A stretch of DNA of 64,000 bases from an uncultured bacterium (GTDB lineage: Bacteria > Patescibacteriota > Minisyncoccia > UBA6257 > 2-01-FULL-56-20): contig CAVYIK010000003.1 of assembly GCA_963768625.1 (NCBI GenBank), forward strand, positions 262,715-326,714. The letters are read 5' to 3'. Shown here one piece after another: positions 26,671 through 36,484 of this stretch. The number at the start of each line of letters is the position of its first letter. Position 1 is the first letter of the stretch. The notes below the pieces were generated by a model, which saw nothing but the letters and a program-made list of their open reading frames with translations, did no database searches and was not told the origin of the DNA. The position numbers were made by a program, and so were the translations under genes.

Positions 26671-27717
26671 CTATGAACGTTTACGGATGGAGTTTATGAC
26701 CGCAAGAAGGAAAAAGTCTGCGAGCATGCTCGAACCGCCATAGCTTACAAAGGGAAATGTGACCCCCACGACCGGCAAAAGCCCGGTGGTCGACCCGGCG
26801 TTCAGGAGGAACTGCACCCCGAGCATCATGGCGGCCCCAAGGCAGATGAATTTCTCAAAGTTCTCATCGGCGAGCGCGCCGATCCGCAATATCTGCAAAA
26901 TCAGCAGGAAAAAAGCGGCTGCGAGGACGAGTCCGCCCACGATCCCCCATTCTTCAATGATGGCCGCGAAAATGAAGTCCTCGGTCGGTTCCGAGAGGAA
27001 GCCGAGCTGCGTCTGCGTCCCCTGTCCGTATCCCTTGCCGAACAATCCCGCCGACCCGATCGCGATCTTCGACTGCGTCGTGCTGTAATTGATGCCGAGC
27101 ACGTTCTGCTGCGGATAGAAAAACCCCACGATCCGCGCCCGGTGGTAATCCTTGAGCACGTAGGTCCAAACGAGGCCTGCGGCAAGCGCGAAAATGATGA
27201 GTGCCGTAAGGACGCGGCGCAACGGCAGGCCGGAGAGAAGAAGGAAACCGAACCAGATGCCGAAGAATATGACAGCCGATCCAAGGTCCGGCAACCGCGC
27301 CGCGATTGCGGCAGGCACCACAAAGAAACCAAAGGAGGTCGCAATGTTCTGCCACCGCGCGACCGCAAGATGGCGCCGGCTGAAATAATTCGCATATACG
27401 AAGATGAGCGCGACCTTCATGAGCTCCACCGGCTGGAAATTGAAAGGGCCGAGGACGATCCAGCTTCTCGTGTTCCGGATGACGGGGCCGAAGAAATAGG
27501 CGGAGAGGAGAAGCGCAAGGGCAAAGAGGTAGATCGCCCAAACGACCCATTGCGAATTGAAAACGGAGCGCCAATCGACGTAGAGGAAGAGCACGACAAG
27601 CCCTATCCCCGCCGCCACCCATAAGATCTGGAAATAAAAGAAATGCGCGGAAACGGCCGAGAGGAGCGTGAGGCTCGACGCGATGAGGACCCCGAGCGGA
27701 ATAAAGAGGGAAAGCAT
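26671..27717 (-). CDS. rodA: SEDS-family peptidoglycan glycosyltransferase (RodA/FtsW)
   Basis: 348 aa and polytopic, with QPVELMK, the FtsW/RodA/SpoVE signature region TDFIFAAIIEEWG, and GVTFPFVSYGGSS. Confidence 0.85.
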   Translation of the reverse strand: MLSLFIPLGVLIASSLTLLSAVSAHFFYFQILWVAAGIGLVVLFLYVDWRSVFNSQWVVWAIYLFALALLLSAYFFGPVIRNTRSWIVLGPFNFQPVELMKVALIFVYANYFSRRHLAVARWQNIATSFGFFVVPAAIAARLPDLGSAVIFFGIWFGFLLLSGLPLRRVLTALIIFALAAGLVWTYVLKDYHRARIVGFFYPQQNVLGINYSTTQSKIAIGSAGLFGKGYGQGTQTQLGFLSEPTEDFIFAAIIEEWGIVGGLVLAAAFFLLILQILRIGALADENFEKFICLGAAMMLGVQFLLNAGSTTGLLPVVGVTFPFVSYGGSSMLADFFLLAVINSIRKRS

Positions 27718-27728
27718 GGAGTGGCGGG

Positions 27729-28496
27729 CTACGGCCGGAGTGCGTAGGCGTAGGCCTTCGTAAGCGACGGGTCCATGTTCGGCACGGCGGGATACATTAC
27801 GGAAAAGCTCTCGGTCTGGTTGGGCGCAATGGCATCAAGCTCTGTCTGCGAAGCGCCGACCGGGTTGCCGTCTACGCCGTAAAAGATCGCCACGATGAGG
27901 ATATTGGTGAACGAGGAAACGTCGCCGTCCGTGATGCGGCCCGTAACGGTCGCGGTACTCGAGGAAACCGTGCCTCCCGTGATCGTGAGCGGATTCCCGA
28001 ATTGGGGTACGAGGCCAAGCGTGGCGGCCGGGGTCCAAGCGGGATTTTGGATGACGAGCGATGCGTGGTCCACGGGCGCGGAGGTGGCCTCGTTGGGCAA
28101 CACGATGTATTTCACCTCACCCGCATAAATGAAGGACTGGCCAGAAACCGTCGCGATCGCATTCCCCGAAGCGTCGTACAGTATGAACTCATAACCGAAG
28201 CTCCGTATGGCAAACCCGGTATTATGGTTCTCCACCTCCGCAAGGAATGTAGTGTGTCCCGGGCCCGAGGCAAAGGATTGCACGCTCCCGACCACGATGT
28301 CGTGGAGGTTCGCGGGAGCGCACACCGTGGCGCAGGGGCCACCGCAATCAATACCGGTCTCGCCTTGGTTTTGGATACCGTCGAAACAAGATGCCGTCAC
28401 GCGGAAAAATGAAAAATAAACGCCGGCAATGATGCCGACCACGATGATGAGGAATAAAGCGCCGTAGATCGCCTGCTTCGCTGTCCGCACATCCAT
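27729..28496 (-). CDS. Membrane-anchored extracytoplasmic hypothetical protein
   Basis: Start trimmed to MDVRTAKQAIYGALFLIIVVGIIAGVYF at 28496, because the longer ORF would overlap the 5S rRNA. A Cys-rich segment follows the TM helix. Confidence 0.5.
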   Translation of the reverse strand: MDVRTAKQAIYGALFLIIVVGIIAGVYFSFFRVTASCFDGIQNQGETGIDCGGPCATVCAPANLHDIVVGSVQSFASGPGHTTFLAEVENHNTGFAIRSFGYEFILYDASGNAIATVSGQSFIYAGEVKYIVLPNEATSAPVDHASLVIQNPAWTPAATLGLVPQFGNPLTITGGTVSSSTATVTGRITDGDVSSFTNILIVAIFYGVDGNPVGASQTELDAIAPNQTESFSVMYPAVPNMDPSLTKAYAYALRP

Positions 28497-28573
28497 AGGA
28501 ACATTATAAGCTTCGTTCGCGAGGTGTCCATTATTCTCCTGTGGCACGCGGAAAATAAAAAACGGCCCTTTGA

Positions 28574-28690
28574 TGTCGGCACATCCTACTTTCCCCGCGG
28601 GCGAACCCGCAAGTATCATGGGATCAAGGCGCTTTCACTTCTCTGTTCGGAATGGGAAGAGGTGGGACACGCCCAAATTAAGCACCGACA
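28574..28690 (-). rRNA. rrf: 5S ribosomal RNA
   Basis: The minus strand reads TGTCGGTGC...GTCCCACCTCTTCCCATTCCGAACAGAGAAGTGAAAGCGCC...GGGAAAGTAGGATGTGCCGACA. The terminal helix TGTCGG/CCGACA and the conserved CCGAAC..AGAAGTGAAA core match bacterial 5S. Confidence 0.85.
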
Positions 28691-28705
28691 TCAAAAGGTC
28701 GTTCG

Positions 28706-28777
28706 CCAGGCAGGCACGCAACACTTTTTCGACAGTACTCGGAAGGGCTGTCGAAAAAGTGTTGCGTGCCTGCCTGG
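28706..28777 (-). repeat. Perfect long hairpin H2 (30 to 31-bp stem, loop TACTCGGAAGGG on the plus strand) in the 23S-5S spacer
   Basis: The arms 28706..28735 and 28748..28777 are perfectly complementary. The loop 28736..28747 is identical to the H1 loop. The stem is unrelated to H1. Confidence 0.8.
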
Positions 28778-28924
28778 CTCACTTACTTTTTTGTAGATTA
28801 AGTCAGCATTGGGATGGTTGGCGGATTATTAGTACTCCTCGGCTGAACTCCTTGCGGAGCTTACACCTGGAGCCTATCAACGTCGTAGTCTTCGACGAAA
28901 CCACGTACACCTAATCTTGGGGTG

Positions 28925-28957
<33 letters not shown>

Positions 28958-29099
28958 CTTCCATACATAGCTACCCGGCATTTCAGTTGGTACCAAAGCC
29001 GGTAGACCAGAGGTATGTTCAGCCCAGTCCTCTCGTACTAAGGCCAACTCCCCTCAAGTGTTAAACGCCTGCAGCAGATAGAGACCGACCTGTCTCACG

Positions 29100-29843
29100 C
29101 AATACTCAACTATTACTAATTGTTTGGACTATACCACGCTCCATTGCTGGAGCATCGACGTATTATGGAATCGAATTCCATCCAGCCGTTTTTATGCGGC
29201 TAAGTCTCTACGGGGTCAATATATGGAGTTTTCGTTTCTTTGAATAATTCAGGATACGAAATCTCTCAATCATTTCCGCCAACACAACAAAATCTTTCTT
29301 ACATCGAACTTCTGATTTCTTCTTTAATATCTCCAAGATGAGGTCGGCGCGTTCTCGTTTTAATACGAGGTGCTCTTTTATATTCGAGAGGAGCTCGTGA
29401 ATGGCCTTTTGTCTTTGTACTACGTACTCCAACATGCCATCCTTCCGTTCTCTCAAATATCCGCTGCCTATCATGGCACAGATTCTTTCGAAGTTCGCAC
29501 GATCTTTGGATGATTGGAAAAGCACTACATAGGGCGCGACTTGAAATCCGTAGCGATACTCGCTGCTGGGTTTCAACCGCACATAGATGCTCCCATCACC
29601 ATCCAGAAATCCTGCAAGATATGCTTTTTGTGTTGACGAAAAGACTTTCATATACGACTTCCCTCGGTATTATCCTATAATCACTTGCTCACACCAAACA
29701 TCTTTTAAGATATTTTTAATGAGCATTGTGGTACGTCCACAGGTCATGGACGCTAGGGCTTCACCGATATGAGTCGATTTATGCACCCTAACGTTACCGC
29801 TAGGGGCCGCCGTGTTCGATCTGTCGTTAAGGGTTCTTAGTTG
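29100..29843 (-). mobile_element. Group I-type intron in 23S domain V carrying a LAGLIDADG ORF
   Basis: The exon sequence ...GGGTTCAGACCGT | intron | CGTGAGACAGGTCGG is split by about 744 AT-rich nt. The 5' exon ends in U and the insert ends in G, consistent with group I splice sites. The boundaries are uncertain by a few nt. Confidence 0.8.
29208..29651 (-). CDS. LAGLIDADG homing endonuclease (intron-encoded)
   Basis: 147 aa with the motif LAGFLDGDGSI near the N-terminus. It lies wholly inside the 23S insertion. Confidence 0.9.
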   Translation of the reverse strand: MKVFSSTQKAYLAGFLDGDGSIYVRLKPSSEYRYGFQVAPYVVLFQSSKDRANFERICAMIGSGYLRERKDGMLEYVVQRQKAIHELLSNIKEHLVLKRERADLILEILKKKSEVRCKKDFVVLAEMIERFRILNYSKKRKLHILTP

Positions 29844-31997
29844 ACGGTCTGAACCCAGCTCACGTGCCACTTTAATTGGCGAACAGCCAAACGCTTGGGA
29901 CCTTCTCCAGCCCCGCGCTGTGGCGAGCCGACATCGAGGTGCCGAGCGAAGTCGTCGATAGGAACTCTCGGACTTCACCAGCCTGTTATCCCCGGAGTAG
30001 CTTTTGTCCGGTGTCTCCGGCCTTTCTATCAAGAGTTTAATGAATCGTAAGAAACAATAAACATAGCCGTCGGGTCACTAACTTCTGCTTTCGCACCTGC
30101 TCGTCTTGTAGGACTCGCAGTCAAGCCAGCTTTTGCGTTTGCACGTCCTGCCCGATTTCCATCCGGGCTAAGCTGACCTTAATAAACTCCTCCGTTACTT
30201 TTTTGGAGGAAAACGCCCCATTTAAACTGCCTACCAAGCACTGTCTCAGTCGGGTTTATGCTTGCGCACTTCCCAACCGGTTAGTCTTTAAAATCCTAAA
30301 GATGGCTGTTTCATTGTCGCCTCCACGCGAACCGAGATCCACGCTTCGAAGGCTCACCACTACGCTACGCATCAAGATTCTAAAGACAATACCAAGCTGC
30401 AGTAAAGCTTCCGGGGTCTTTTCGTCCCGCTGCAGGTATCCCGCGTCTTCACGGGAATCGCATTTTCACCGAGCTCATCTTTGAGACAGTTCCCCAGTCG
30501 TTACGCCTTTCGTGCGCTTCGGAACTTACCCGAAAAGGAATTGCGCTACCTTAGAACGATTATAGTTATCGCTGACATTGACGAGGGCTTGAGTCAGTGA
30601 GTCGCGCACATTGCTGCACGCCACCCCCAACCTTGACCTTCTCGCATCGGTCAGGCGTCACCCCCTATACATCCTCTTGCGAGTTAGCAGGGAGCTGTGT
30701 TTTTGGTAAACAGTCGCCAGAGAGACTTTCGCTGCGGCTCTCCTAATAAAAGGAGAGCAGGCCATATTGCTAACTTACGGCCGCTTTTTTGCCGAGTTCC
30801 TTAGAGGCAAATCACTCGTTCCCCTTGGGCTTCTCGCCCTATCCACCTGTGTCGGTTTACGGTACGGAGACCTCACGCTCGTAATTGCCGCGCTTTTCTC
30901 GGAAGGCTCTTCACGGACGTCGATGCAGGTAAATTCCTCACCTTCCGCTCGGCGCTCGCTTGAACTTCGCGACAAAGGATACCAAACCAATAAGGCATAC
31001 GTCCGCTTATTTCCTTCGCCTCGACGGTTATAATCGTACGGCAGGGCTGGAATATTAACCAGCTTTCCATCAGCTGCGGCTTTCGCCATCGCCTTAGGAC
31101 CGCCTAACCCGTGGTTGATTGCCAGTGCCACGGAAACCTTGGATTTTCGGGGTTCCAATTTCTCATTGGGATTGTGGTTACTCATACCAACATTTTCTCT
31201 TCCGGCCGCTCCAGTCATCCTCGCGGATTGATCTTCACAGCAGGCCGAAATGCTCTCCTACCACTCGTACGCCCCAAAGGGCATACGAATCCATATCTTC
31301 GGTACCATGCTTAGCCCCGGTACATTTTCGGCGCCACCACCCATCGAATAGTGAGTTGTTACACACTCTTTAAAGGATGGCTACCTCTAAGCCAACCTCC
31401 TATCTGTCTATGGGTGATGACTACCTTTAACACTTAGCATGGATTTAGGGACCTTAGATGACGGTCTGGGCTCTTTCCCTCGCGACCACGGAGCTTAGCC
31501 CCCGCAGTCTAACTAGTGCAATTGCACGATGGTATTCGGAGTTTGATTGATCTGTCGGCCTTTCGGCCTTTACAGATCATCCAGTGCTCTACCCCCACGG
31601 ATTTACTTGACACCGCTAGTCCTAAAACTATTTCGGAGAGAACCAGCTATTACCGAATTCGATTAGCTTTTCACTCCTTACCTCAGCTCATCCGAGGGTT
31701 TTGAACAACCCACCAGTTCGGGCCTCCCCTTCGATTTCTCGAAGGTTCACCCTGGCCAAGGCAAGCTCATCTGGCTTCGGGTCTATCTCGTGCTGCCATA
31801 TACGCCCTGTTAAGACTCGCTTTCGCTGTGCCTGCACGCTATGCGCGTTTAGACAAGCAACACAAAATAAGTCGTTGGCTCATTCTTCAATAGGCACATT
31901 GTTCCTCATCGTTTCCGCATTGCTGCGGAACCGTTCGAGGTTCAGTTCCTTGTAGACAAATGGTTTCAGGTTCTATTTCAACGGCCTCACCGGCCTG

Positions 31998-32034
<37 letters not shown>

Positions 32035-32887
32035 ATCTAGAAAAGTATTTAGCCTTGCCTGATAGTACAGGCAAATTCCTCCGAGACTGATTTACCTCGA
32101 AGTACTCAAGTTGAAAAACTAAGGAGATCATGAGTTTTCGCCTACGGGGCTATCACCCGCTCTGGCCCCGCCTTTCCAGGCGGCTTCGGCTAACCAACGA
32201 TTTTTTTACTCCTCCACCAATAACAAATAACGGAGAGCACGACGCATACGCGCGCCTACGTTATTTGCTAAAGAGTATTTTCCTCTTATTACCCCAAGAT
32301 TCCGCTCTTGCGACCAGAACCCTAGTTTGGGCTCTTCCCTGTTCTCTCGCCGATACTAAGGGAATAAACTGTTTTGTTCTTTTTTCCTCCGCTACTAGAA
32401 TGTTTTACTTCAGCTGGGTACGCGAATCAGCTTGCGCCGAAACGATTGCGGTTTACGCAATCAGGTTTCCCCATTCGGAAATCCCCGGATCACAGGTTGC
32501 TACGCACCTCCCCGAGGCGTATCGCCGCTACGCCACGTCCTTCATCGCCTTTTCTAGTCTAGGCATCCACCATTCGCCCTTAATGCCAACCATCCCAATG
32601 CTGACTTATGCTCTGCCGGCCACGAGAAATTGCGCGCATGTGAATGCAATTCGATGCGCGTGCCCGACCTTGGAAAGCCGGACAAAAAATGTGGCGCAGA
32701 GCTTCTGCTATTTCAAACTCCGGCTCTACAATCCGGATCGCCCCCGCGGGCAGTGTGAAATTACGAAATACATACGAACCTCCAAGAAAAAAATCAGCCG
32801 CACACGGCGGCCGTCTGATACACAAAAAGTGCGGATCAGCCGCTCGTGTTTGAAAGATTGGTGTTTCTGGACATTCGTACCCTGTCC

Positions 32888-32915
32888 ATTATACTCACCG
32901 GCCGAAAGCTGTCAA
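32888..32915 (-). promoter_or_regulatory. Candidate sigma70-type promoter of the 23S-5S operon
   Basis: The minus strand reads TTGACA (32915..32910), a 16-nt spacer, then TATAAT (32893..32888), about 300 nt upstream of the 23S 5' end. Confidence 0.5.
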
Positions 32916-32921
32916 CACCCC

Positions 32922-34424
32922 CTAGGCCTTATAGATCGCCTCGTATTTCGCCTTCAAATAATCGATAAAATAACGCGCCGTGAGCGCCTCACCCGTCACG
33001 CGCTTTACAAGCTCGTCCTGGTCATATCTCCGCCCGTGCCGGTGGATATTTTTTCGCAACCAGTCGAGCAAATGGCCATATTCTCCCTTTGCGATCTCGT
33101 CTTCAAGGCGCGGGAGGTCACGCTTGGCCGTCGCATAGAATTGTGCGGAATATAAATTGCCGAGCGTGTAGGTCGGGAAATAGCCGAACATCCCTTGCGA
33201 CCAGTGAACGTCCTGCAGCACTCCCACCGCATCGTTCGGGACCGTGATGCCGAGATACTGTTTCACTTTTTCGTTCCATACGTTCGGCAATTGTTCCGGC
33301 GCAAGGGATCCTTCGATCAGCGCTTTCTCTATTTCGAAGCGGATAACGATGTGAAGGTTGTACGTCACCTCATCCGCCTCGATGCGAATGAGGGACAGCT
33401 GCACGGCATTCTTCGCCCGATAGAAATCCTCAAGCGCGATCGCGGCGAAGGGTTTCGGGAAGGTTTCTTGCAAGCGCGGATACCAATATTTCCAGAACGG
33501 CAGTCCTTTTCCTATGATGTTCTCCCAGAGCCGCGACTGCGATTCGTGGATGCCGAGCGAGAGCGCCTCGCCGAGCGGCGTGCCGAAATAGCGCGCGTCG
33601 AGCCCTTGATCGTAAAGCGCGTGTCCCGCCTCGTGCACGGTGCTGCTGAGCGAAGAAAGATTGTCGTCGTGGAAGTGCGTCGTGATGCGGACATCAAGCG
33701 GGTGCAGCCCTATCGTGAACGGGTGCGCGCTTTCGTCGATCCTCCCGGCGTCGAGGTCGTAACCCATCTTTTTCACCACCGCGAGCCCGAACGCGCCCTG
33801 TTTTTCCTGGTCAAACCGCCCATTGAGGAGCTCGGGCCTCGGTTGCGTCGGTGCCTGCATGAGTTTTTTTATGAACGGCGCAAGAAACTGTTTCAGCTCG
33901 TCAAACATGGGTGACAGTTTTTTGATGGTGGAGCCCTTTTCGAACCCGTCGAGGAGGGCGTCATAAGGCGAATCCTTGTACCCGATGAGGTCTGCTTCTT
34001 TCCGTTTCAGTGCTATGATGCGCGAAAGCATCGGGAGAAAATGCGCAAAATCCGCTTTCTTCCGCGCTTCCACCCACACGTAGTGCGCCTCGGAGGTAAC
34101 GCGTGCGAGTTCTTCGACGAACGCCTTCGGCAATTTTTTCTCCCGCGAAAAATCGCGAAAGGTCTCGCGTACGATGCGCGCGTCCTCTTCGGAAAGCTTC
34201 CCCGCCTCCGCTTCCGCCATCAATCCCGTGACGAGCGCCTCGAATTCGGGCGATACGAACTTTTCGTGGATGAGTCCTGCGAGGAGCGCGATCTCCGCCC
34301 CGCGCGCCGCGGCGGCGCGCGGGGGCATTTTGGTTTCCAAATCCCAATGCAAGAGCGCCGTCGCCGAAGACAGGTACGCCAGGTCCAGAAGCTGCTTTTT
34401 CAATTCCTGTGATTTTCCTTCCAT
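32922..34424 (-). CDS. Carboxypeptidase Taq-like metallopeptidase (M32 family)
   Basis: Start trimmed to MEGKSQELKK at 34424, because the longer ORF overlaps tRNA-Pro. It has HEAGHALYDQG (HExxH), HESQSRLWEN and GYFPTYTLGN. Confidence 0.9.
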   Translation of the reverse strand: MEGKSQELKKQLLDLAYLSSATALLHWDLETKMPPRAAAARGAEIALLAGLIHEKFVSPEFEALVTGLMAEAEAGKLSEEDARIVRETFRDFSREKKLPKAFVEELARVTSEAHYVWVEARKKADFAHFLPMLSRIIALKRKEADLIGYKDSPYDALLDGFEKGSTIKKLSPMFDELKQFLAPFIKKLMQAPTQPRPELLNGRFDQEKQGAFGLAVVKKMGYDLDAGRIDESAHPFTIGLHPLDVRITTHFHDDNLSSLSSTVHEAGHALYDQGLDARYFGTPLGEALSLGIHESQSRLWENIIGKGLPFWKYWYPRLQETFPKPFAAIALEDFYRAKNAVQLSLIRIEADEVTYNLHIVIRFEIEKALIEGSLAPEQLPNVWNEKVKQYLGITVPNDAVGVLQDVHWSQGMFGYFPTYTLGNLYSAQFYATAKRDLPRLEDEIAKGEYGHLLDWLRKNIHRHGRRYDQDELVKRVTGEALTARYFIDYLKAKYEAIYKA

Positions 34425-34427
34425 TTG

Positions 34428-34498
34428 TCGGGCCGCTGGGAATCGAACCCAGACCGCACGCACCCGAAGCGTGCATACTACCACTATACGACGGCCCG
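34428..34498 (-). tRNA. tRNA-Pro (anticodon CGG); CCA not encoded
   Basis: The minus strand reads CGGGCCGTCGTATAGTGGTAGTATGCACGCTTCGGGTGCGTGCGGTCTGGGTTCGATTCCCAGCGGCCCGA. It folds as a cloverleaf with acceptor CGGGCCG/CGGCCCG, anticodon loop TTCGGGT and T-loop TTCGATT. Confidence 0.85.
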
Positions 34499-34574
34499 TC
34501 CTTTCCTCTTATCTATAGTATTGAAGCGTAAAACGGCCCTCCTGTCTACCGCCAGCATGCAGGCGGCGCGCCGG

Positions 34575-36029
34575 TCACTCCACGAAATACTTTTTCTTCA
34601 TCTCTCCTTCGGCGTCCGCCTCAAACTCCTCCTTCGTGGCGCGCGCTTTCTCGGCAAGCTTCTTGAGGGCCGCATCGCTCGATTTTCCGAGCTCCCTCAC
34701 CCGCGCCGTCAAATCCTTTTTAACGTTCTTTTTAGGATCGTCCAGGATCTCCTCAAGAAGTGCAGCCAGGATCCATCCCACGCGATGGCCCGGCTCGATC
34801 TTCAATATCGCCATCACGTCGTCGCCGTTCACCTTGAGCATCTTCGGCGAAACGGGATCGTTCTTCACTTTCTCGATCATGAACATGAGGTGGCGGTTCT
34901 TGTAGGGCACGGCTTTTGGCGAACCGGAACCGATGCGATCGGCTTCGCGCACTTTCAAAAGGTCTGGTACCGTTTCCGGCCCCACGCGCGCGAGGAACCG
35001 CCGCACGCCGCGCTCGGACACGTCGCCCACGTTGTAATAGAACATATGATAGCGCACGAGATGGACTACTTCTTCTACGAATTCTTTCGGGAACCGCAGG
35101 CGGTCAAGCACCTTCGCCGCCATCTTCGCGCCGATGTATTCGTGCTGGTAGAAGGTAGAGTTTTTCCCTTCGCCCTGCTTCGCGCGCGGCTTGCCGATAT
35201 CGTGCAAAAGCGCCGCCATCCGGACCGGCAGCGAATAATTCTCTTTCGCGGTGTAATCAAGCGCGCGCACGCTGTGCTCAAAAACGGTATAGATGTGGTG
35301 CAGATTCTGATCCACTCCCACCCCTTCGCGCAGTTCCGGTAGGACGTATTGCAAGAGCCCCAGCTCTTCAAGCAGGATGATCCCTTTCGCCGCGCCCGGC
35401 GCCATTATCATTTTCGCAAGTTCGTCGCGGACGCGTTCCTTTGCGATCATCTCAAGCTCCCCGGACAATGCCCCTATCGCGCGGCGCGTGCCCGCCTCGA
35501 TCTCGAAACCGAGCTCCGCCGCGAACCGCACCGCGCGCATGAGGCGCAATGCATCCTCACGGAACCGCTCCTTCGGGTCCCCCACCGTGCGGATGATCTT
35601 CTTCTTGAGGTCGTCCTTCCCGCCGAAAGGGTCAATGATCTCGCCCTTCAGATTCATCGCAAGCGCGTTCACCGTAAAATCGCGGCGCGAGAGGTCGTCC
35701 TCAATGCGCTCCGCGAACTTCACCGCGTCCGGATGCCGCTTGTCGCTGTATTTCCCCTCAATGCGGTAGGTTGTTACTTCGATCACGCTGAGCTTCGGGT
35801 CCTCCGACTCGGTCTTCACACCTACCGTACCGAACGTATTTTCATAGACGCTCTCCGGAAAAAGTTTCTGGATCTCCGCAGGTTTTGCGTTCGTCGCCAC
35901 GTCCCAATCCTTCGGCTCGCGGCCCATGGACATGTCCCGCACGCAGCCGCCCACGAGGTATGCCTCGTACCCGGCCTCGGCGAGGGTCTTCGCAATATCC
36001 GCTACTTCCCTGGGAACCGCGGTCTTCAT
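34575..36029 (-). CDS. cca: CCA-adding tRNA nucleotidyltransferase with HD domain
   Basis: 484 aa with LVGGCVRD, KDWDVAT and an HD region (LLHDIGKP). Confidence 0.9.
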   Translation of the reverse strand: MKTAVPREVADIAKTLAEAGYEAYLVGGCVRDMSMGREPKDWDVATNAKPAEIQKLFPESVYENTFGTVGVKTESEDPKLSVIEVTTYRIEGKYSDKRHPDAVKFAERIEDDLSRRDFTVNALAMNLKGEIIDPFGGKDDLKKKIIRTVGDPKERFREDALRLMRAVRFAAELGFEIEAGTRRAIGALSGELEMIAKERVRDELAKMIMAPGAAKGIILLEELGLLQYVLPELREGVGVDQNLHHIYTVFEHSVRALDYTAKENYSLPVRMAALLHDIGKPRAKQGEGKNSTFYQHEYIGAKMAAKVLDRLRFPKEFVEEVVHLVRYHMFYYNVGDVSERGVRRFLARVGPETVPDLLKVREADRIGSGSPKAVPYKNRHLMFMIEKVKNDPVSPKMLKVNGDDVMAILKIEPGHRVGWILAALLEEILDDPKKNVKKDLTARVRELGKSSDAALKKLAEKARATKEEFEADAEGEMKKKYFVE

Positions 36030-36064
36030 GCTTCAATTCTAGCGGAACTGCCGCCTTTTTGAAA

Positions 36065-36093
36065 TTGACACTACGGCGCCCTGCTGCTATATT
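36065..36093 (+). promoter_or_regulatory. Candidate promoter for the small membrane protein gene
   Basis: TTGACA (36065..36070), a 17-nt spacer, then TATATT (36088..36093). Confidence 0.4.
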
Positions 36094-36127
36094 GCGGGCA
36101 GAAGCCGAAAGGCGGAAGGAGAAAGTC

Positions 36128-36409
36128 ATGCTACAGTTTTGCGGATTACCTGGATGGCCTGGCTTCATAGCGCTGGCCATGGGCCTTTTACTGCTCTTCG
36201 TGGTACTCGTGCGGAGTATTCGTGACCATCGTGCAATCCTCGTCCTGTCGGTGGCAAATGTGTACAACCAGCGCCGTCCGGCTCCACAGAAACCCGCCGA
36301 TATTACCGTACGATCCCCTTGGCCATTCAGGGTGGGACTGATATTGTGCCTACTCGCGGCGCTATACCTCGGAGGACTCTACTTTTTCCCCTGCGGCCTC
36401 TACCGATGA
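36128..36409 (+). CDS. Small hypothetical membrane protein (93 aa)
   Basis: The ATG at 36128 is preceded by GGAAGGAG. There are two hydrophobic helices (GFIALAMGLLLLFVVLV and GLILCLLAALYLGGLYFF). Confidence 0.4.
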   Translation: MLQFCGLPGWPGFIALAMGLLLLFVVLVRSIRDHRAILVLSVANVYNQRRPAPQKPADITVRSPWPFRVGLILCLLAALYLGGLYFFPCGLYR

Positions 36410-36484
36410 TTCAGTCTTTAACATCGGCTCATCAGAAGAGCTGTCCGGAACTTTCGGCAGCTCTTTTTCTTTTTCTGCGATTAG

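Noticed and set aside
30885-30915. The sequence ctcggaaggctcttc, which resembles the conserved hairpin core actcggaagggctcttc of H1.
   Set aside because: It lies inside conserved 23S rRNA sequence, has no flanking inverted repeat, and is only a partial match. It is probably coincidence.
32130-33155. A 341-aa plus-strand ORF, together with other ORFs between 29.6 and 32.9 kb.
   Set aside because: They lie within or antisense to the 23S rRNA gene, so they are not coding. The one exception is the LAGLIDADG ORF inside the intron.
34424-34484. N-terminal extensions of ORFs into RNA genes: the M32 peptidase into tRNA-Pro, and 27729..28619 into the 5S rRNA.
   Set aside because: Internal Met starts (34424 and 28496) give full-length homologous proteins without overlapping the RNA genes.
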